DNA of 64,000 nt from Octopus sinensis (lineage: Eukaryota). A program made the position numbers and the translations under genes. Below are positions 50,355-64,000 of this stretch, in pieces (within the stretch, counting starts at the first letter, position 1; each line of letters begins with the position of its first letter). Where the stretch lies: contig NW_021833893.1 of NCBI RefSeq assembly GCF_006345805.1, positions 186,001 through 250,000 on the forward strand, in the 5' to 3' direction. The notes under the pieces are model-generated. The model saw only the letters and a list, made by a program, of their open reading frames with translations. It searched no databases and was not told the DNA's origin.

Positions 50355-50740
50355 GAAGTAGTGGATAATTTCTGCTACCTCAGGGGACCTAATTAGCAGA
50401 GGGGAAAGATGTACAAAAAGTGTAATTACAAGAATAAGAACAGGATGGAGAAAATTCAGAGAGTCTTTACCTCTATTGGCTAGCAAATGACTCCCACCTC
50501 TCTCTCTGAGTGAGAGGAAGATTGTATGATGCATGTGAATGAATAGCAATGCTACATGGTAATGAGACGTGGGCTCTGAATAAAGTGGACATGTGAAGAC
50601 TAGAGAGAGATGAAGCTAGTATACTCTGTGGATGTGCATCGTCAGTGTATATATGCAACGGAGTGCTATTGTACTGAGAGAAAAGTTAGGCATAAGAGGA
50701 ATTAGATGCATTGTGCAAGAGAGAAGAGTGCACTTGGTCT
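50355..50740 (+). mobile_element. RTE (RTE-X-like) LINE relic
   Basis: FCYL(G)DLIS, RIRTGWRKFRESLPLL, MLHGNETWAL, LREKLGIRGIRCIVQERR. Confidence 0.75.
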
Positions 50741-50779
50741 TTCTATCTGTCCTACCTTTTCTTTTTTTCTGTGACCACA

Positions 50780-51620
50780 GAACCTACAAAGCTTTTAAAG
50801 CCAGCAAGTGATATGCAAATTTCTATTGCAGCTGTAGCATTCATTTTCACGTGTTGCAATCAGGTGCTCATTCTGTACAACACACTGATTATGTACTTTC
50901 GTGTGTCTTGTGGGTGCAGATCAGCAGGAAAATTCTCTAGCATATAGATTACATATACCAATGATTATGATCTTGTAACACACTCACTTACAAATAGGAT
51001 CTCACAATCTTGTATGGCATTAGGGCCAACCATTAACCTTAAAAAAGCAGAGGTAATGTTTCACCTGACTAGCTAACTCCCAGATCTGCCTAGGTTGAAC
51101 TCTCAATTTATGTCAAAGGTCACAGGTGCAATGTTGGCAAATTTTCATGCATAGGAACTGTGATTAATCAGTACTGTTTACTTGATGATGAAATAGCTTT
51201 GCACAGCAGAAAAACCACTAATGCTTTTATCAGTCTTTATATATGTGCTTCAGATTAGAAAGGAATTTAAAAAGGCAATAAAATTGCAGTATATAATGCA
51301 AGTGTCCTTATGATACTCCTTTAGTCATGTGAAACTTGGTTTGTCTACAGCAAGCATCTCAAAATTCTAGAGCAGTTCGACCAGATGCCTTCATAAAATT
51401 CTGGTGTTCATTGCAGTATCCATACACCTGATTCTGAAGTACTCCAAAATGTTGACACACTTAGCATTGAAGCTTAGTTCGATAAATGCAGGGTCTGCTG
51501 CTTAAGCCATCTCATATGACAAGATGACATCAGAATTCCCAAACAAATCCTTTATGGTGAGTTGACATCTGGTATGAGATTACAACACAGGCCAAAATTG
51601 CATTTTAAGAACTCTCTCTC
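50780..51620 (+). mobile_element. RTE-BovB-like LINE relic
   Basis: TNDYDLVTHS, TINLKKAEVMF, SCETWFVYSKHLKILEQF, IRIPKQILYGELTSGMRLQHRPKLHFKN. Confidence 0.75.
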
Positions 51621-52619
51621 TCTCACACACACATGCACGGGCACACACAATAAGCATGCGTACATACATACATACATACATACATACATACATACATACA
51701 TACATACATACATAAATACATACATACACACACATAGACAACCATGTATATCTGTGTGCTGTTCAAGTGTATGGTCATACTCCTTCAAACTAACATTGTT
51801 TATATTGTATCCTTTTATGTCCTATTACAGAGTGGTTTGATATTCACAGAAAAAAGTAAAATAATAATAATAATAACCAGATTGAAATAAATACTAGGGT
51901 TGATATAACTGATTAAATGCTTGAGGGCATTGTCCAAGCATGACTAAAACTAGCAAAAGAGGAAAAATGTAAAAAACGCAATATGTAATAACTTATAATC
52001 TATAAACTAGAAAGGTGACAATCCTGGATGAATTTTCATGGCAAACATTTGTTATATGTTTGTGGTTTAGTTTCCTCTACAACTTTGCAGGGTCTGAACA
52101 ACCCCCTTCTTCTGGACTATGTGAATGAGAGGAAGACCAGGTGCAGCATCAGGATGTAGTAAAAAGAACTTCAAATGAACCTCAGCACTTAATGAAGTTT
52201 TCAATATTGTGTTTGTTTTAATTTTTCAAAGATACGGTATGATGTTCTCTTTATTATGTTCATTTTTGTGATTGGGTCTATTAAATAATTAATATTTTAC
52301 ATCTCCGAGAAATGTTCGTAAATTATAAAAAAAAAAGTTTTTTATTTTTTTGTCCTATTGGGATATCATCCTCAAGGTTTTTTCCAAAGTTTTATCTTTT
52401 CCGAGGGGGTTTTGTCCTACACTCCAACTTTGCATGTCTAAAACATTCTAGCTGAAATACACAATACCACATCTGTAGTTTGCTTTATTTTATGTTTTTT
52501 TTTTAATGCACATATTTATTTTAATTTGTTATCACTTTAATTTTATCGTTATATCAGATATTTAAAAATAAATGTCGACTGCAATATGTGGTACATGGGT
52601 GTGTGTGTAGCATCAACAT

Positions 52620-52795
52620 ATATTGATATTACATTGACCCCAGTACGTAACTGGTGCTAATTATATTAGTACTGTTGAAAGGATGAAAAGCAAAGTTGAC
52701 CTTGACAGAATTTGAACTCAAAACCAAATGGTAGACGAAATTCTGCTAAGCATTTTGCTCGGTGTGCTAATGATTCTGCCAGCTCACCACCTTAA
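52620..52795 (-). mobile_element. SINE family B, degenerate
   Basis: Matches 57357-57588. Confidence 0.7.
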
Positions 52796-52819
52796 TCAGG
52801 CTGACTCCCTGAGTAAATA

Positions 52820-53220
52820 AAAATCATTCTGGGCCAAATCCAGACCCACAATCCTGAACTTCTGGATTCCCAAGTTTTCATTACTGTGATTGTTTCCGGC
52901 GATTTTTTTACATGACTTTTTGTGACAAGTTTTTTTCTTCGATAATGATTTTTATAATCTAAAGGCTAACTCCATGAGTAAATTAAAAACATTCCGGGCC
53001 GAATCTGGATCAGCAATCCTGAAATTTTGGATTCCTATGTTTTCATTACTTTGATTGTTTTCGGCGATTTGTTTTACATGATTTTTAGCGATGAATATGA
53101 TCATCATTGGGATAAGACTCTTGAGGAAGCAATTGTAACAAATTCTCCAAAACAAGTCAGAGATCTGTTTGCAGATATTCCCATTCGGGGTCAGTTGCTT
53201 AAAGGCTATATACTAGCTTA
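52820..53220 (+). mobile_element. Helitron relic (two ~100-bp subterminal-type repeats + Rep/helicase fragment)
   Basis: Repeats 52827-52920 and 52990-53090; DHHWDKTLEEAIVTNSPKQVRDLFA resembles the Helitron RepHel linker. Confidence 0.65.
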
Positions 53221-56200
53221 AAAGTGCCTGATATATATATATATGGAAACAGCATAGAAGTAAATGTGAGACATTTCAATTTAGAAAGAATTTAATATAA
53301 TGATTATTTAGAAAACAATAAACATTATCGGTTTTGATGATGAATTTCATCTTATCAAATATTAATAAAAATTTGAAATAAAAACAGTTTGTGTTTGATG
53401 GTCAGAACATACACACACATACACATTATCATCGTAAATGTAACAGTGGTTGTGATGTCTACGTTGAGAGAATGAATATAAAAATGGGAATCTAGGTATT
53501 AGCGTGTATGTGTAGTGTATTAAGATATGCATGTTCAAATGTGCATGTATAACTTGCTGACAAATAGACGATAAACACCGGCTAACAGTCCAAGGGAGGT
53601 AACTCTTGCTAAACCAGCTGTCGTCTCCTCACAATTTATATGAACTTCGAAACGTGAAGAACAAAACAAATTTAATGCTATAGCAAAAGCATTATCTTCC
53701 CAGTCGTTTTGCATGAACCATCCTGGGAACATGGAATATTTTAATGAATAAACATCAAAAATTCTATTGTTGTTTTGCGTTTTTGACGTTTCGTTGTTTA
53801 AATATGTATAGACTAACTTTTTTCCTTTTATGTAGGTGCTGTCAATGAATTATTTAATCTATAAACAATTCTATTTTCCTATATTAGTGCTTCTCTTATT
53901 AGCACATTGGCAAGTGCAGTGAAAGTTGGAGACATAGCATTTAATTCAAAGCTGCCTTCCGTAATTTACTTGAAAACTGAAAATACAATTAGTGATTGAC
54001 AAATAATATTGTTTTTTCCTTACATTATTTCTAAATTAACTTTTTATGATCCCCGATTCGGTGTAATAAAAACCACCCAATTATAATTTCGTTTTAATTT
54101 TTTTCATTTTCACTTAATCATCATCAGAAAAAAAAAAAAAAAGATTTTCCTCTCTCTATCTGTTTCTCCTTCTCTGTATACATATATACATATATACCTA
54201 CCTACATGCGTGCGTGCATGTGTACATACATATCCACTTATTACTTGAATGTAAGGGTGCAATTGTCATACATACTTAAAGAGTAGCTACTATGTTAAAA
54301 CTGGGGAAAAAATTAAAAAAATGGCAGAACGCTATTGCTTATGTGGTTTTATTAATCATACTTATTGTATAAGAAAATTATGAACTACGTGTTTCAGGAA
54401 GCACAAACAGTATCAATTTTTTAAAGCCTTATGTTACATACTCTTTCTTCTACTCATGAACGACTTACACAACCCAATCTGACAATGCTTACTATTATAC
54501 AGAAGATAATCTTTCCGAATCTTCTCTACCCACGTATTATCCATATTCAACATAAAAAAAGTCACATCAAATCTGTACAAAACCTCCATTACTGATAATC
54601 TTCTCTGGTGATCTTTCCTCACAATAAAGATTGCATTATAAAAATTGGTTTCCTTCTTCTTTAAAAGAAAATTCTTTAGCTCTCAGCTGTGACTAATTTT
54701 ACCAAAGTTCTAGAGACCCCATAATAGAGCACTGTTACAAAATGTTGGTCAGTGCTGCTATTACACATGTGAACGTCCTAGACCGACAAAACACCATTTA
54801 AAATGATTGTCACGAATTCTCTGTTTAACTCATTTTAACCCTTGGCTACGAACGCCACTGCAGTGGCCTCTTCTTAGAGCCAGCTAATTCTCTTCCATCT
54901 ATTTACAGTTCGCACAGTTTGCTTCCTCTAAATCACTTTGCACAGACTCTCTTTCTTTTCCCAGTACTTTTCCTGTACCTGTCAACTTGCAGCAAAAAGA
55001 ATCTCACTGGTCTTGAAGAGTTTATGTACACAACTGGTGGAAACCCTGTTTTAAGGCCAAAATATTGGCTTCACTTTTCGATACAAGACCACTAATTTCG
55101 GTGGAGGGATAAGTTGATTAAATTGACCCCAGTGTTTGACTGGTACTTGTTTTAATGACAGCGAAAAGGGCATTTTGTCCAGCTTTCATACTATTCTGTC
55201 AGCTCGTCGCTTTAATCTTTAAACCAAAATATTAAAATGACAAAAAAGAAAAAAGCACACCAACAAAATAGAAAGAAAAAGACACCTTACTCAAAAGTAG
55301 GAGTCATCTCCCTTGAATCTTGGAAATCTTATAAAGTTATTTCCCTTGACAGGATGCATTCGAATGCTGTTTTACTCGAATACTTCTGACCTGCAATTTC
55401 AGAGTTTGAACTGTTATGGGTCCTACTTTGCAATAGGTAACAACTGGGCAATATCTAACAGCTGAAAGTCTTGCCACCCATGCACAAATTTTGAGGCCCA
55501 AAAGGTGGAGAAAGGTGTGATTGGGCAAAGTTCTAGAAAATAGGGCCAAGCAGTGAGTTTTTCCTATCAGTTACAAGCTCTGGATTCTCACTTCAGGTTT
55601 TTCCATGCCAGGCCACTACAAGTTAAAAGATTAAATTTAGTCAGTATGACTGAAGTTTTATTTTATTTATTTAAGTTGCTGTTTTGAGCTACTACACATG
55701 TCAAAATTATTTGTGTGAATAAAAATTACCTTATACTGTGTGTATGTGTTTGTGTGTGTGTGAATTAGGTGTTGCTTATAGATAAGCTAAAGAATAATTT
55801 GCGTTGCGTTCTAAATGGTGCCTTTTGTCTTTGTCCAAGGATTTTCTAAGGTGTAATTATTCTCTGAATGGATTACATTCTTTCACTAATTTCTGGCCAA
55901 TATTACATTCTGGTCATATTATAAATTCAATATTATTTTCTTCAACTGTTCTTCAATTTTTAGAAGAAATGAAACCTTTTGGTAAATTGCTCATATGGGT
56001 TAATTCTTTCAGGTAAGTGGATTACTGAGCAATCATTTGGGTTGATTTGGGACTTCTACTCTAAGTTTCTCAATTCCTTTCAAAGAAGCACAACAACTTA
56101 TTCTATTTGAAAAGTTCTTTGTCATAAAGCGTTTGGAAGAATGCTTCTGGTTCTTAATGTATAATCTTGTTGTCTGCATTTTCTTCGAGATTTTTAACAA

Positions 56201-56639
56201 ACGAAAATAAAAATGATATAGCAGAAGAAATCACAGGTTTTGAAATTTCTTACTGATTTTGTTGAATTGGTCCATCATTTAATCCCAAATAACTGTTAAA
56301 ATAGTATATTTCAACTTTATTAATTTGCAATGTAAATTCTTTGCATCTTGTTTACATTTAGGTTCTCCTCTGAGTCTTTTAAATATATGGTTGAGTTTTT
56401 GAGTGTAATGTGTTTTAATTGCTCTGACTACTTTATTCTGAGCGGACCATCTGGTTCATTCAGAGAAATATTTAGATTGCTTTGTGAGGAGAGCCAACCT
56501 GCTTTGTGCACATTCTGAAAATAAAGCATACAGGTCCGTCAAAATGTAAGAATACTAAATAATTTCAGGTACAGTAACCACTGCTTTTCTCCAATGAGGT
56601 TGAGTGAATAAGCTGCATGTGATACATAGTCTGCTTACA

Positions 56640-57034
56640 TTCTTTTATTCTTTTATTTGTTCAGTCATTTGACTGCTGCCATGCTGGAGCACCACCTTTG
56701 GGAAATGACCCCAGGACTTATTCTTTGTAAGATCAGTACTTCTATCTGTCTCTTTTGCTGAACCGCTAAGTTATGGGTATGAAAAAACACCAGCATTGGT
56801 TGTCAAGCAATGTTGGGGAGATAAACACAGACACACAAACGTATACACACACACACACACATATATATATTCGACAAGCATCTTTCAGTTTCCGTCTACC
56901 AAATCCACTCACAAGGCTTTGGTCAGCCTGAGGCTATAGTAGAAGACACTTGCCCAAGGTGCCATGCAGTGGGACTGAACCTGGAACTATATGGTTGGTA
57001 GGCAAGCTACTTACCACACAGCCACTCCTGCGCC
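56640..57034 (-). mobile_element. SINE family A, full length
   Basis: Complete head, body and tail. Confidence 0.9.
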
Positions 57035-57356
57035 TATGTTAATGTTTTTGAAAAGTGTTTGTAACCCTTTCTCTGATGCCTTTGTGTTAGATCCCTCATT
57101 GACAGGCTGACTATGGACGGTTTTAAATGAAAGTTTATTTCACTGAAAACTTGTATTTAACTGAACACAGTCATGTATGAATGGTTTTATGTTGGTAAAA
57201 ATGTTAAAAATCTCTCACAGGGTCTAAATAGTATAAAGTCATAATTATCTGGTGGTCAACATGTTTCAGGTCAGGTGTAGAGTCAACTAATATCTAGTGT
57301 ATTGGTTGTTAATTTGATTCAAAATTTCATCATGTACATATTTTCTCATGACTTCT

Positions 57357-57588
57357 TATTTCTTTATTGCCCACAAGGGGCCAAACATAGAGGGGACAAA
57401 CAAGGCCAGACAAAGGGATTAAATCGATTACATCGACCCTAGTGCATAACTGGTACTTAATCTATTGGCCCCGAAAGGTTAAAAGGCAAAGTCGACCTCG
57501 GCGGAATTTGAACTCAAAACGTAATGGCAGACGAAATACCGCTAAGCATTTTGCCCAGTGTGCTAACGTCTCAGCCAGCTCGCTGTCC
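57357..57588 (-). mobile_element. SINE family B (tRNA head + Nin/Deu-like central domain) with 18-bp TSD
   Basis: Head GCGAGCTGGC...TTTGAGTTCAAATTCCGCCGAGGTCGACTTTGCC; TSD TATTTTCTCATGACTTCT at 57339-57356 and 57589-57606. Confidence 0.9.
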
Positions 57589-58914
57589 TATTTTCTCATG
57601 ACTTCTATCAATTCTATCTGAATACGTAAATAGCATTGACTTTTCCATTCTTATATTTCTCAAATTCATGTAAAAATGAGTTGTACTCTTCTGCAAGTCA
57701 AATGGTCCTTATAAAGTTTCAATTATTTGGTAAACCCCTGTTCCTCTTATGACTTCAAAAATGCCAAACAGCCATTACAACAGCCACAATTGTTTTCAGT
57801 ATTTCAAAACAGGACTCTATATTTCACACCTGTTCTTCAAGTTTCTGATCCACAGTGTCTTTTTATTCATTTTTCTTGTTATCAAATGCTATCTTCATAG
57901 TTTGCCAGAATTCTGAGTACATCCTTCCAGTCAGAAAACTAATCTTTTGTGAATGATGTTTGATATTTAGAAAATAGTTTGCAAAAAAAAAAAGAAAAAA
58001 AAAAGTATATGCGGCCTTTGTTCTATGACTAAACTAACACCTGTTTTACTTGTAAATCCTACAGATTTGGTATATACAGCTTCCATTTCTTTTAATTTTC
58101 AAAAATATCAATATCCTGCATTAAACAGTTCTGTATGAAGTAATTATCAACTATTATGGACAGTATGAGATCACCAAATTTGTTTCTTTGATCATATTCA
58201 AGATCTATCTTTCTTTGTTCTGTGGTGTTTTCATGTTAACTGCAACGATCATTATCCATATCAAAAATGTCAGTAGTGGGTTGAAAATTGCTAGAAAGAG
58301 CTATGGTCTGCGTGCTATTTCTGACTTCACTGGTGCTTGGTTAGCTTGTTTAACAATAGATGTGATTGTAAACTAGTTTGATAGCCTTCGAAATTCAGAA
58401 ATTTCATCAGATTGCTACTCTTTGTGTTTGCATTTTTCGTAGCCACTTAAGTACTTTGGTGAACTCACTGTTATTCATCTTGGGTTTCAATTTTAGTTAA
58501 AATTGGGGAAATTTCCCTAATTGGAGCAATACAGAGTTTGATTATCGTTGATGAATAAAATGAAACATGAGAAGAATGCTTTTATTGAAGTCTCAGATTC
58601 AACAGTGACAGAATGAAAACATTAGAGGAAAGGCTTTACACTGTAATTTACAATGATTTTTAGACTGAGTTTCAGTATAAGTACACCACCAGAACTTTTT
58701 CAACAATTTCTTGATTCCATAAACATTAGTGTTTTATGATATTATTTCTGAATTGTTAACAATTGACAGATTTTATAAAGGAAAAGAAAAAGAAAAAGAA
58801 AAAAGGAAAGAAAGAAAGAAAAAATCCAATGTAAGAGTGAAAGAAGCATTTTGAAATTTAAAATAGAAGAAATTTAATTCTGCAGCTAGTATATCATCTG
58901 TACCCTTTGATTTC

Positions 58915-60075
58915 TTTCGTGCTGTTGAAAAGTTCATAGACTGACTTTGAAGGAGTGATGCTGGAGCTGTGAAATCTTGCATTAATTTCAACTTTTCCAA
59001 TTAATAACTGCATTGTTTCTTTCCAGATAAACTGATATCTGACTGTTTAAGGAAGACTTTAAAAGTTCAAATTTGGAGCAACTTCTCTTGAAAATGAAAA
59101 AAATTTGGCTTCGCGGTATCATCAATTACTTACAGAAAAAGGACGTTCATGCTGACGTGGTTTCTACATTAGGGGATGATGTTCTAGCTTTATCAACAGT
59201 CCAAAAGTAGACAGCTGAATTTAGGAGGTGAAGGGAGATTCTTGAAGATGATTCAAGACCTGAACGTCCTCCAACTTCCAGCACCATGGAAAACATTGAT
59301 GTGTTCGTCTTATGGTGATGGATGACTGACGATTGACTTTAAATCAAATAGCCAATGGTATTAGAATTTCCCATGAGAGAGTTGGGAATATTCTGCATAA
59401 TGCACTTGGCCGGATGAAGGTTTCTGCTCAGTGAGTATCACATCTTCTGACATTTGATCAAAAGTGCACCAGGTGGATCACATCACAAGAAAATCTAACA
59501 TTGTTTGAGGCAGATTCAGCCAGTATTTTTGAACGTTTCCTAACCCAGGATGAGTGTTGGCTTCATCACTCTGAGCCAGAGATAAAGAGACAATCTATGC
59601 AGTGGAAACACACCTCCTAAACCAGCTCGAAAGAAGGCCAAGGTCGTTTCATCTGCACGGAAGGTGATGGCCTTAGTTTTTTGGGAAGCACCATCAATGG
59701 AGAGTACTATGCTAACCTTGGTAGTCACAAAAGGTTCACAAGAATAACTGCCCAGGAGGACAATGCTCCAGTTCACAAGTCCTTGGTTTCAATGGCTGCT
59801 GTGAGTAGTTGTGGATTTCAACTGATTGATCACCCTCCCTATTCTCTTGATTTGGCTCTATCTCACTATCATCAGCTCCCCAACATGAAAAAAATACTTG
59901 ACTGGGAACTAATATTATACTGATAATGACATCATATCTGCTGTTGATGACTTTTTTGTCCAACAGGATGAAAGCTTCTTTACCAATGGAATCTAAGCAC
60001 TACAACACATACTTAATCTGGTCAGATTCCATAAGAGTATTGTGGTCAGCCTATGAACTTTTCGGCCGACCCTCA
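58915..60075 (+). mobile_element. mariner transposon, defective
   Basis: TIR cores GAAAAGTTCATAG / CTATGAACTTTTC; LTQDECWLHH, QEDNAPVH, HPPYSLDLA motifs; internal deletions. Confidence 0.9.
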
Positions 60076-60149
60076 TATAGCATGTACAATGAACATTGTT
60101 TTTTCTTTGGATTATATTGCAGTTTGAAATGTTCTGCATTGAATATAAG

Positions 60150-60350
60150 AGTTTCAAATTTTGGCCCAAGGCCAGCAATTTTGGCAGAAGGCCAGAAGCT
60201 CAGTCGATTACAGCGACCCCATTGCACAACTGGTGCATATTTTATTAACCCTCAAAAGGATGAAAGGCACAGCCAGCCTCGGTGGAATTTGAACTCAGAA
60301 CATGAAGACGGACGAAATGCTGCAAAGTATTTGGCCAGCTCGCTGCCTTA
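60150..60350 (-). mobile_element. SINE family B, degenerate
   Basis: Matches 57357-57588. Confidence 0.75.
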
Positions 60351-61069
60351 ATGCATGTCATACATTGATATTACGACGAGCTAACGCAACTTGGCAAGGG
60401 AAACAACTTTCAACTATATGCAAAACTAATTCAAGGGAGATAATTTTACTGTATTTGTTTTTATGGGAAAATCTTTTAATGTCATTCTCTACAGTTTTAT
60501 TTTTGGTCTTCGGTCTGGTAGAATTGTTAGTTCTTAATGTAATTAGTTATGACGTTCTGGATACAAATCTCAAATAGAGCTATTCGGTTTTCATCTTTTT
60601 AGGGCTAATTACCTTTTAGGTAAGTACCTAAGTACCTTTTAGGTACTGAGATCGATCTAATCGACTAACTTCTCACCCCAAACTTCTCGCTATGCTGTTG
60701 ACTTTCTTGGACATTATTATTTAATCTGGAGATAGAAGTTGTACCTATGGTATTTTCGGGGTTTCAAACAATGTCGTTTTTACTAGGAGTTGCGTTATAA
60801 TTTTCAAATTTTCGAGTATTACTGATTATATAAGGGGTTTGCTTTTTTTATCCCGTTGTTTGCATTCCCGATAGTATGGAAACGATTAGAAGAACGAAGA
60901 AATAGATTGGTTTTCATTATTTTGTATTTCATTTTTCAGATTTGGAGATTTAACCTTACCTACCCTATGCATATTGTATCTATATTACTGTTTTATTAGT
61001 TTCAGTTAGAGGCTGTAGACATGCTGGGGCAACGTCATTAGCACTAATGTTTGTATAATTTAGTCACAC

Positions 61070-61439
61070 ATCTCGGCCCTCTACCCTGAATCGTTACTGG
61101 CAGAGTATTGAGTTAGACAAAGTTGTTCTTCTTTGTGTTCCTTGACGCGGTGTAGGTTTACATGGTATCTCATGTAAAAATTAGTCCAAATGTTCTTTGA
61201 ATACAGCTCCACATCTACTCCTCGTAGATATCTGAAGCTTTTAGGCAAGTTATTGAAAAGTTTTGGGTTTTGGATTCTAAGCTGTTGCAGTATTGTTCCT
61301 TACTCTGGATGAAGGTGGGATCTTTGGTACTATACAGTGTCGTCCAGTCCGGTGTGAATCCTAAAGTTAGGTGCTAAATCTTCAAGGTTCTTACACACGC
61401 ACACACGCACGCGCACGTACGCACGCACGCGCACGTACG

Positions 61440-61514
<75 letters not shown>

Positions 61515-62320
61515 GCACACACGCTCGCGCGCACACGCACGCACGGACACTTTACTGCATACCTTTCATATTTTCTCTCTGGGGAGTAAATCCTCAGTTC
61601 TTTTAGCTTCTCCTAGTTGCTCACCTTACGCCGAAGCAATCTTCTAGGTATAGTGGTATTGGATTGGTTCTAGTGGTTTGACGCTTTGAGGTGACGATAA
61701 TTAGAAGCAGTAATCTAGGCGAGTGAGAACAAATGTTCTCCATGGAAGAATCATGGTTTTCTTTTCCACGTTCTGAATGATCCTAGAATCCAGCTCGTGT
61801 GTCACCTGTACATTGTTGCCTTCTTAGTAAGACGTGCATGGAATGATGCATTGCCACTCATTTAGATTCCAAGTGATATACTAACTCTGATTTTGGGATT
61901 GCAATATTTCCTACCGCCGCGTATTCTGATTTCAATCTGTGGCCCCATTCATCCTTCGACAGGTCTTGTTTTTAGTCCTGCTGTGTCCAGACACTCTGTT
62001 CACAAGAGTGGTTAGTTACTCAAATGGGAGAACCAGTTTAGTCGCCGACTCCTTGACCATAGAACATCCCTGACCTGACGATCGTTGTTCCAGTACTCTG
62101 TCATAATGCTATAGCAGCTGAATAAAGCGTCTCCTTCCTGGACTGAGGCTATGCTACCTGTTAGAATCGGGATGAGATTCCTCCTGACGATGCATTTCCA
62201 TGACTTTGCTAACATGTAAGGTCAGAGAGTTAAGCCTGTAATTCTTAGCATCTGCTCGAGTATATGATATATTCTTTTCTAACATTTTGTGAAGCTTGCC
62301 ACATGAGAGGAAACTCTGAA
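61070..62320 (-). mobile_element. CR1-clade LINE relic interrupted by a (CA)n tract
   Basis: DAKNYR...[48 protein letters not shown]. Confidence 0.75.
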
Positions 62321-62610
62321 AAAGTATCTACAATGATTTTGCAAGAGATCTCTTGCATGCATTTAAATGAATAACTGGAAAAAACATCAGGGCCGTTGCC
62401 CAGTTTGATTTCATCCCATTCATGACTGATATTACATCCTCTCCTTCTCTGTCAATGTAATCTTCTTGGTGTAGATTTGTGGTGTTGAAGAATTCATCAA
62501 ACTTGCTTGTTGGCAACACACACGCACGCACGCATACACATGAATACACATGCGCTTGTGCGCACACACATTCACATGTATGCACATATATGAGTATACA
62601 TATATATGTA

Positions 62611-63440
62611 TGAGGTGTGATCAATAAGTATCCTGACTGTTGCTATAGTAACGAAATTAAAGCATGTAGAGTAAAGCCGCTTGGCACAGATTGATCTGGA
62701 CTTCTGTTGTGCATGTGCACTAAGTTTTAACGTTCTAGCTCAGTTCCACTGTTTACAGCAGTGCTCGGAGGGAAGGTGTGTAACGTGTGATCGTCGCATT
62801 GACCATGACAGAGAAAGTTGTCATGGCGATACCTACTCAGAGGTCGACGAAAAGTTGCAGAAAGTGTATGGAGAGGAGCGTATGAACCGCACACAAGTGT
62901 ACGAGTGGTTTAGACGTTTCCAAGATAGCCGAAAAAAATGTTGATAGTGACGAACATCCTGGGAGACCTGCAACCTACGGAACTGAGAAAAACATCGCAG
63001 ATGTGCGTGCAGCTCAGAGGGGAAATCATCGAATCACCATTCGTGAATTAACAGAGGATGTGCAGATTAGTTACGGTTCATTTCAGTCTATTATCACTGA
63101 GGATTTGAGTATGAGGCACGTGTCGGCTAAGTTTGTATTAAAATAGCTTTTAGAACGATGAAAAATTCTTGAAAACTTTGCGTAGGCCTCTGAGTAGGTA
63201 TCGCCAAAATTTGATGCAGGTTTAACTGCTCAACTTTCTCTGTTATGGTCAATGCGACGAACACACGCTACATACGTTACTTCTAAGAACTGCTGTAAAC
63301 AGTGGAAGTAAGTTAGAACGTTAGAACTTAATGCGCACGCATAGCAGAGTTGAAGGTCAATCTGTACTAAGCGGCTTCACTCTATGTGCTTTATCTTCGT
63401 TACTAGGGCAACGGTCCGGATACTTATTGATCAGACTACG
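62611..63440. mobile_element. Two mariner 5' ends in opposite orientation forming one TA-flanked unit
   Basis: Left TGAGGTGTGATCAATAAGTATCCTGAC and right (minus) CGTAGTCTGATCAATAAGTATCCGGAC; ~250-bp diverged inverted homology. The plus copy encodes KVYGEERMNRTQVYEWFRRF...RITIREL...VSAKFV. Confidence 0.85.
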
Positions 63441-63785
63441 TATATATACATATATATATATATGTAGGTCCCGGGTTGATTCGGGGTTAACCACAGTAAA
63501 TAAGGTACTCAATACATAGCAGAGTAAAATTAATTTATTATATAGAAGGAGCTTCTACAGGACTAGAACTGTTTCATTCAAGAGAAATCTTCAGGAAGCT
63601 AGTTAACAAGAATTGTATTGGCATTTATACATTTAGGCAGGTTTAACGGGGTGTTGGTGGGGGACTTTTTTGGGGGTAGGCATAGCACAAAATATCATAC
63701 TTGGGGGAGTGGTCAAGGAGTCAGTGTTAAATTAGATAGAAGAATAAATAAAAAAATAAGAAAATAAAAAATAAAAAAATAAAAT

Positions 63786-63816
<31 letters not shown>

Positions 63817-63864
63817 TATAAATGTATGTAGATATGTATGTACACGCACGCACGCATGCACACA

Positions 63865-63927
<63 letters not shown>

Positions 63928-64000
63928 GTATACATGCATTTATTTAGTAATCGGCAGAAGCGACAGGGTGACTCAAGGAGCCGATAGTTTCGTGCAATGG

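Larger units (their letters stand above)
55300..58750 (-). mobile_element. hAT transposase relic (ZMYM1/DUF4371-type), interrupted by two SINEs
   Basis: FSDWKD..RILANYEDS, IVDSTPDLKHVD, KGLQTLFKNIN, AAYSLNL, TRWSAQNKVVRAIKTHY, WD*MMDQFNKISK. The reading continues across the SINE insertions. Confidence 0.75.

Noticed and set aside
50760-50950. Strong splice acceptor (...ctttttttctgtgaccacAG) suggesting a host exon
   Set aside because: Downstream sequence is colinear with an RTE-BovB relic and gives no recognisable host peptide.

Overview
This is a eukaryotic, very AT-rich window dense in microsatellites and transposons. The tRNA-derived SINE families and repeat landscape strongly suggest an octopus (coleoid cephalopod) genome; that assignment is recognition, not a search. 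I could not confidently identify any host protein-coding gene. There is a CpG-rich promoter-like region at ~0.55-0.9 kb and a few weak exon candidates. Almost all coding signal is transposon-derived: a near-intact Penelope-like element (RT + GIY-YIG) with ~0.75-0.8 kb inverted terminal repeats, two older PLE relics, and CRE, L1/Tx1, R4/Dong, RTE, CR1, Tc1/mariner, hAT and Helitron relics. Most short ORFs in the supplied track are microsatellite artefacts. The most interesting observation is a family of non-coding fold-back (long hairpin) elements whose apex is a minimal type I hammerhead ribozyme motif (5528-5572 on +, 9089-9129 on -, broken copy 9461-9501). Stems I and II show compensatory changes between copies, and one copy abuts the Penelope element that could plausibly mobilise them. 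Ribozyme activity is inferred from sequence and hand-folded structure only.
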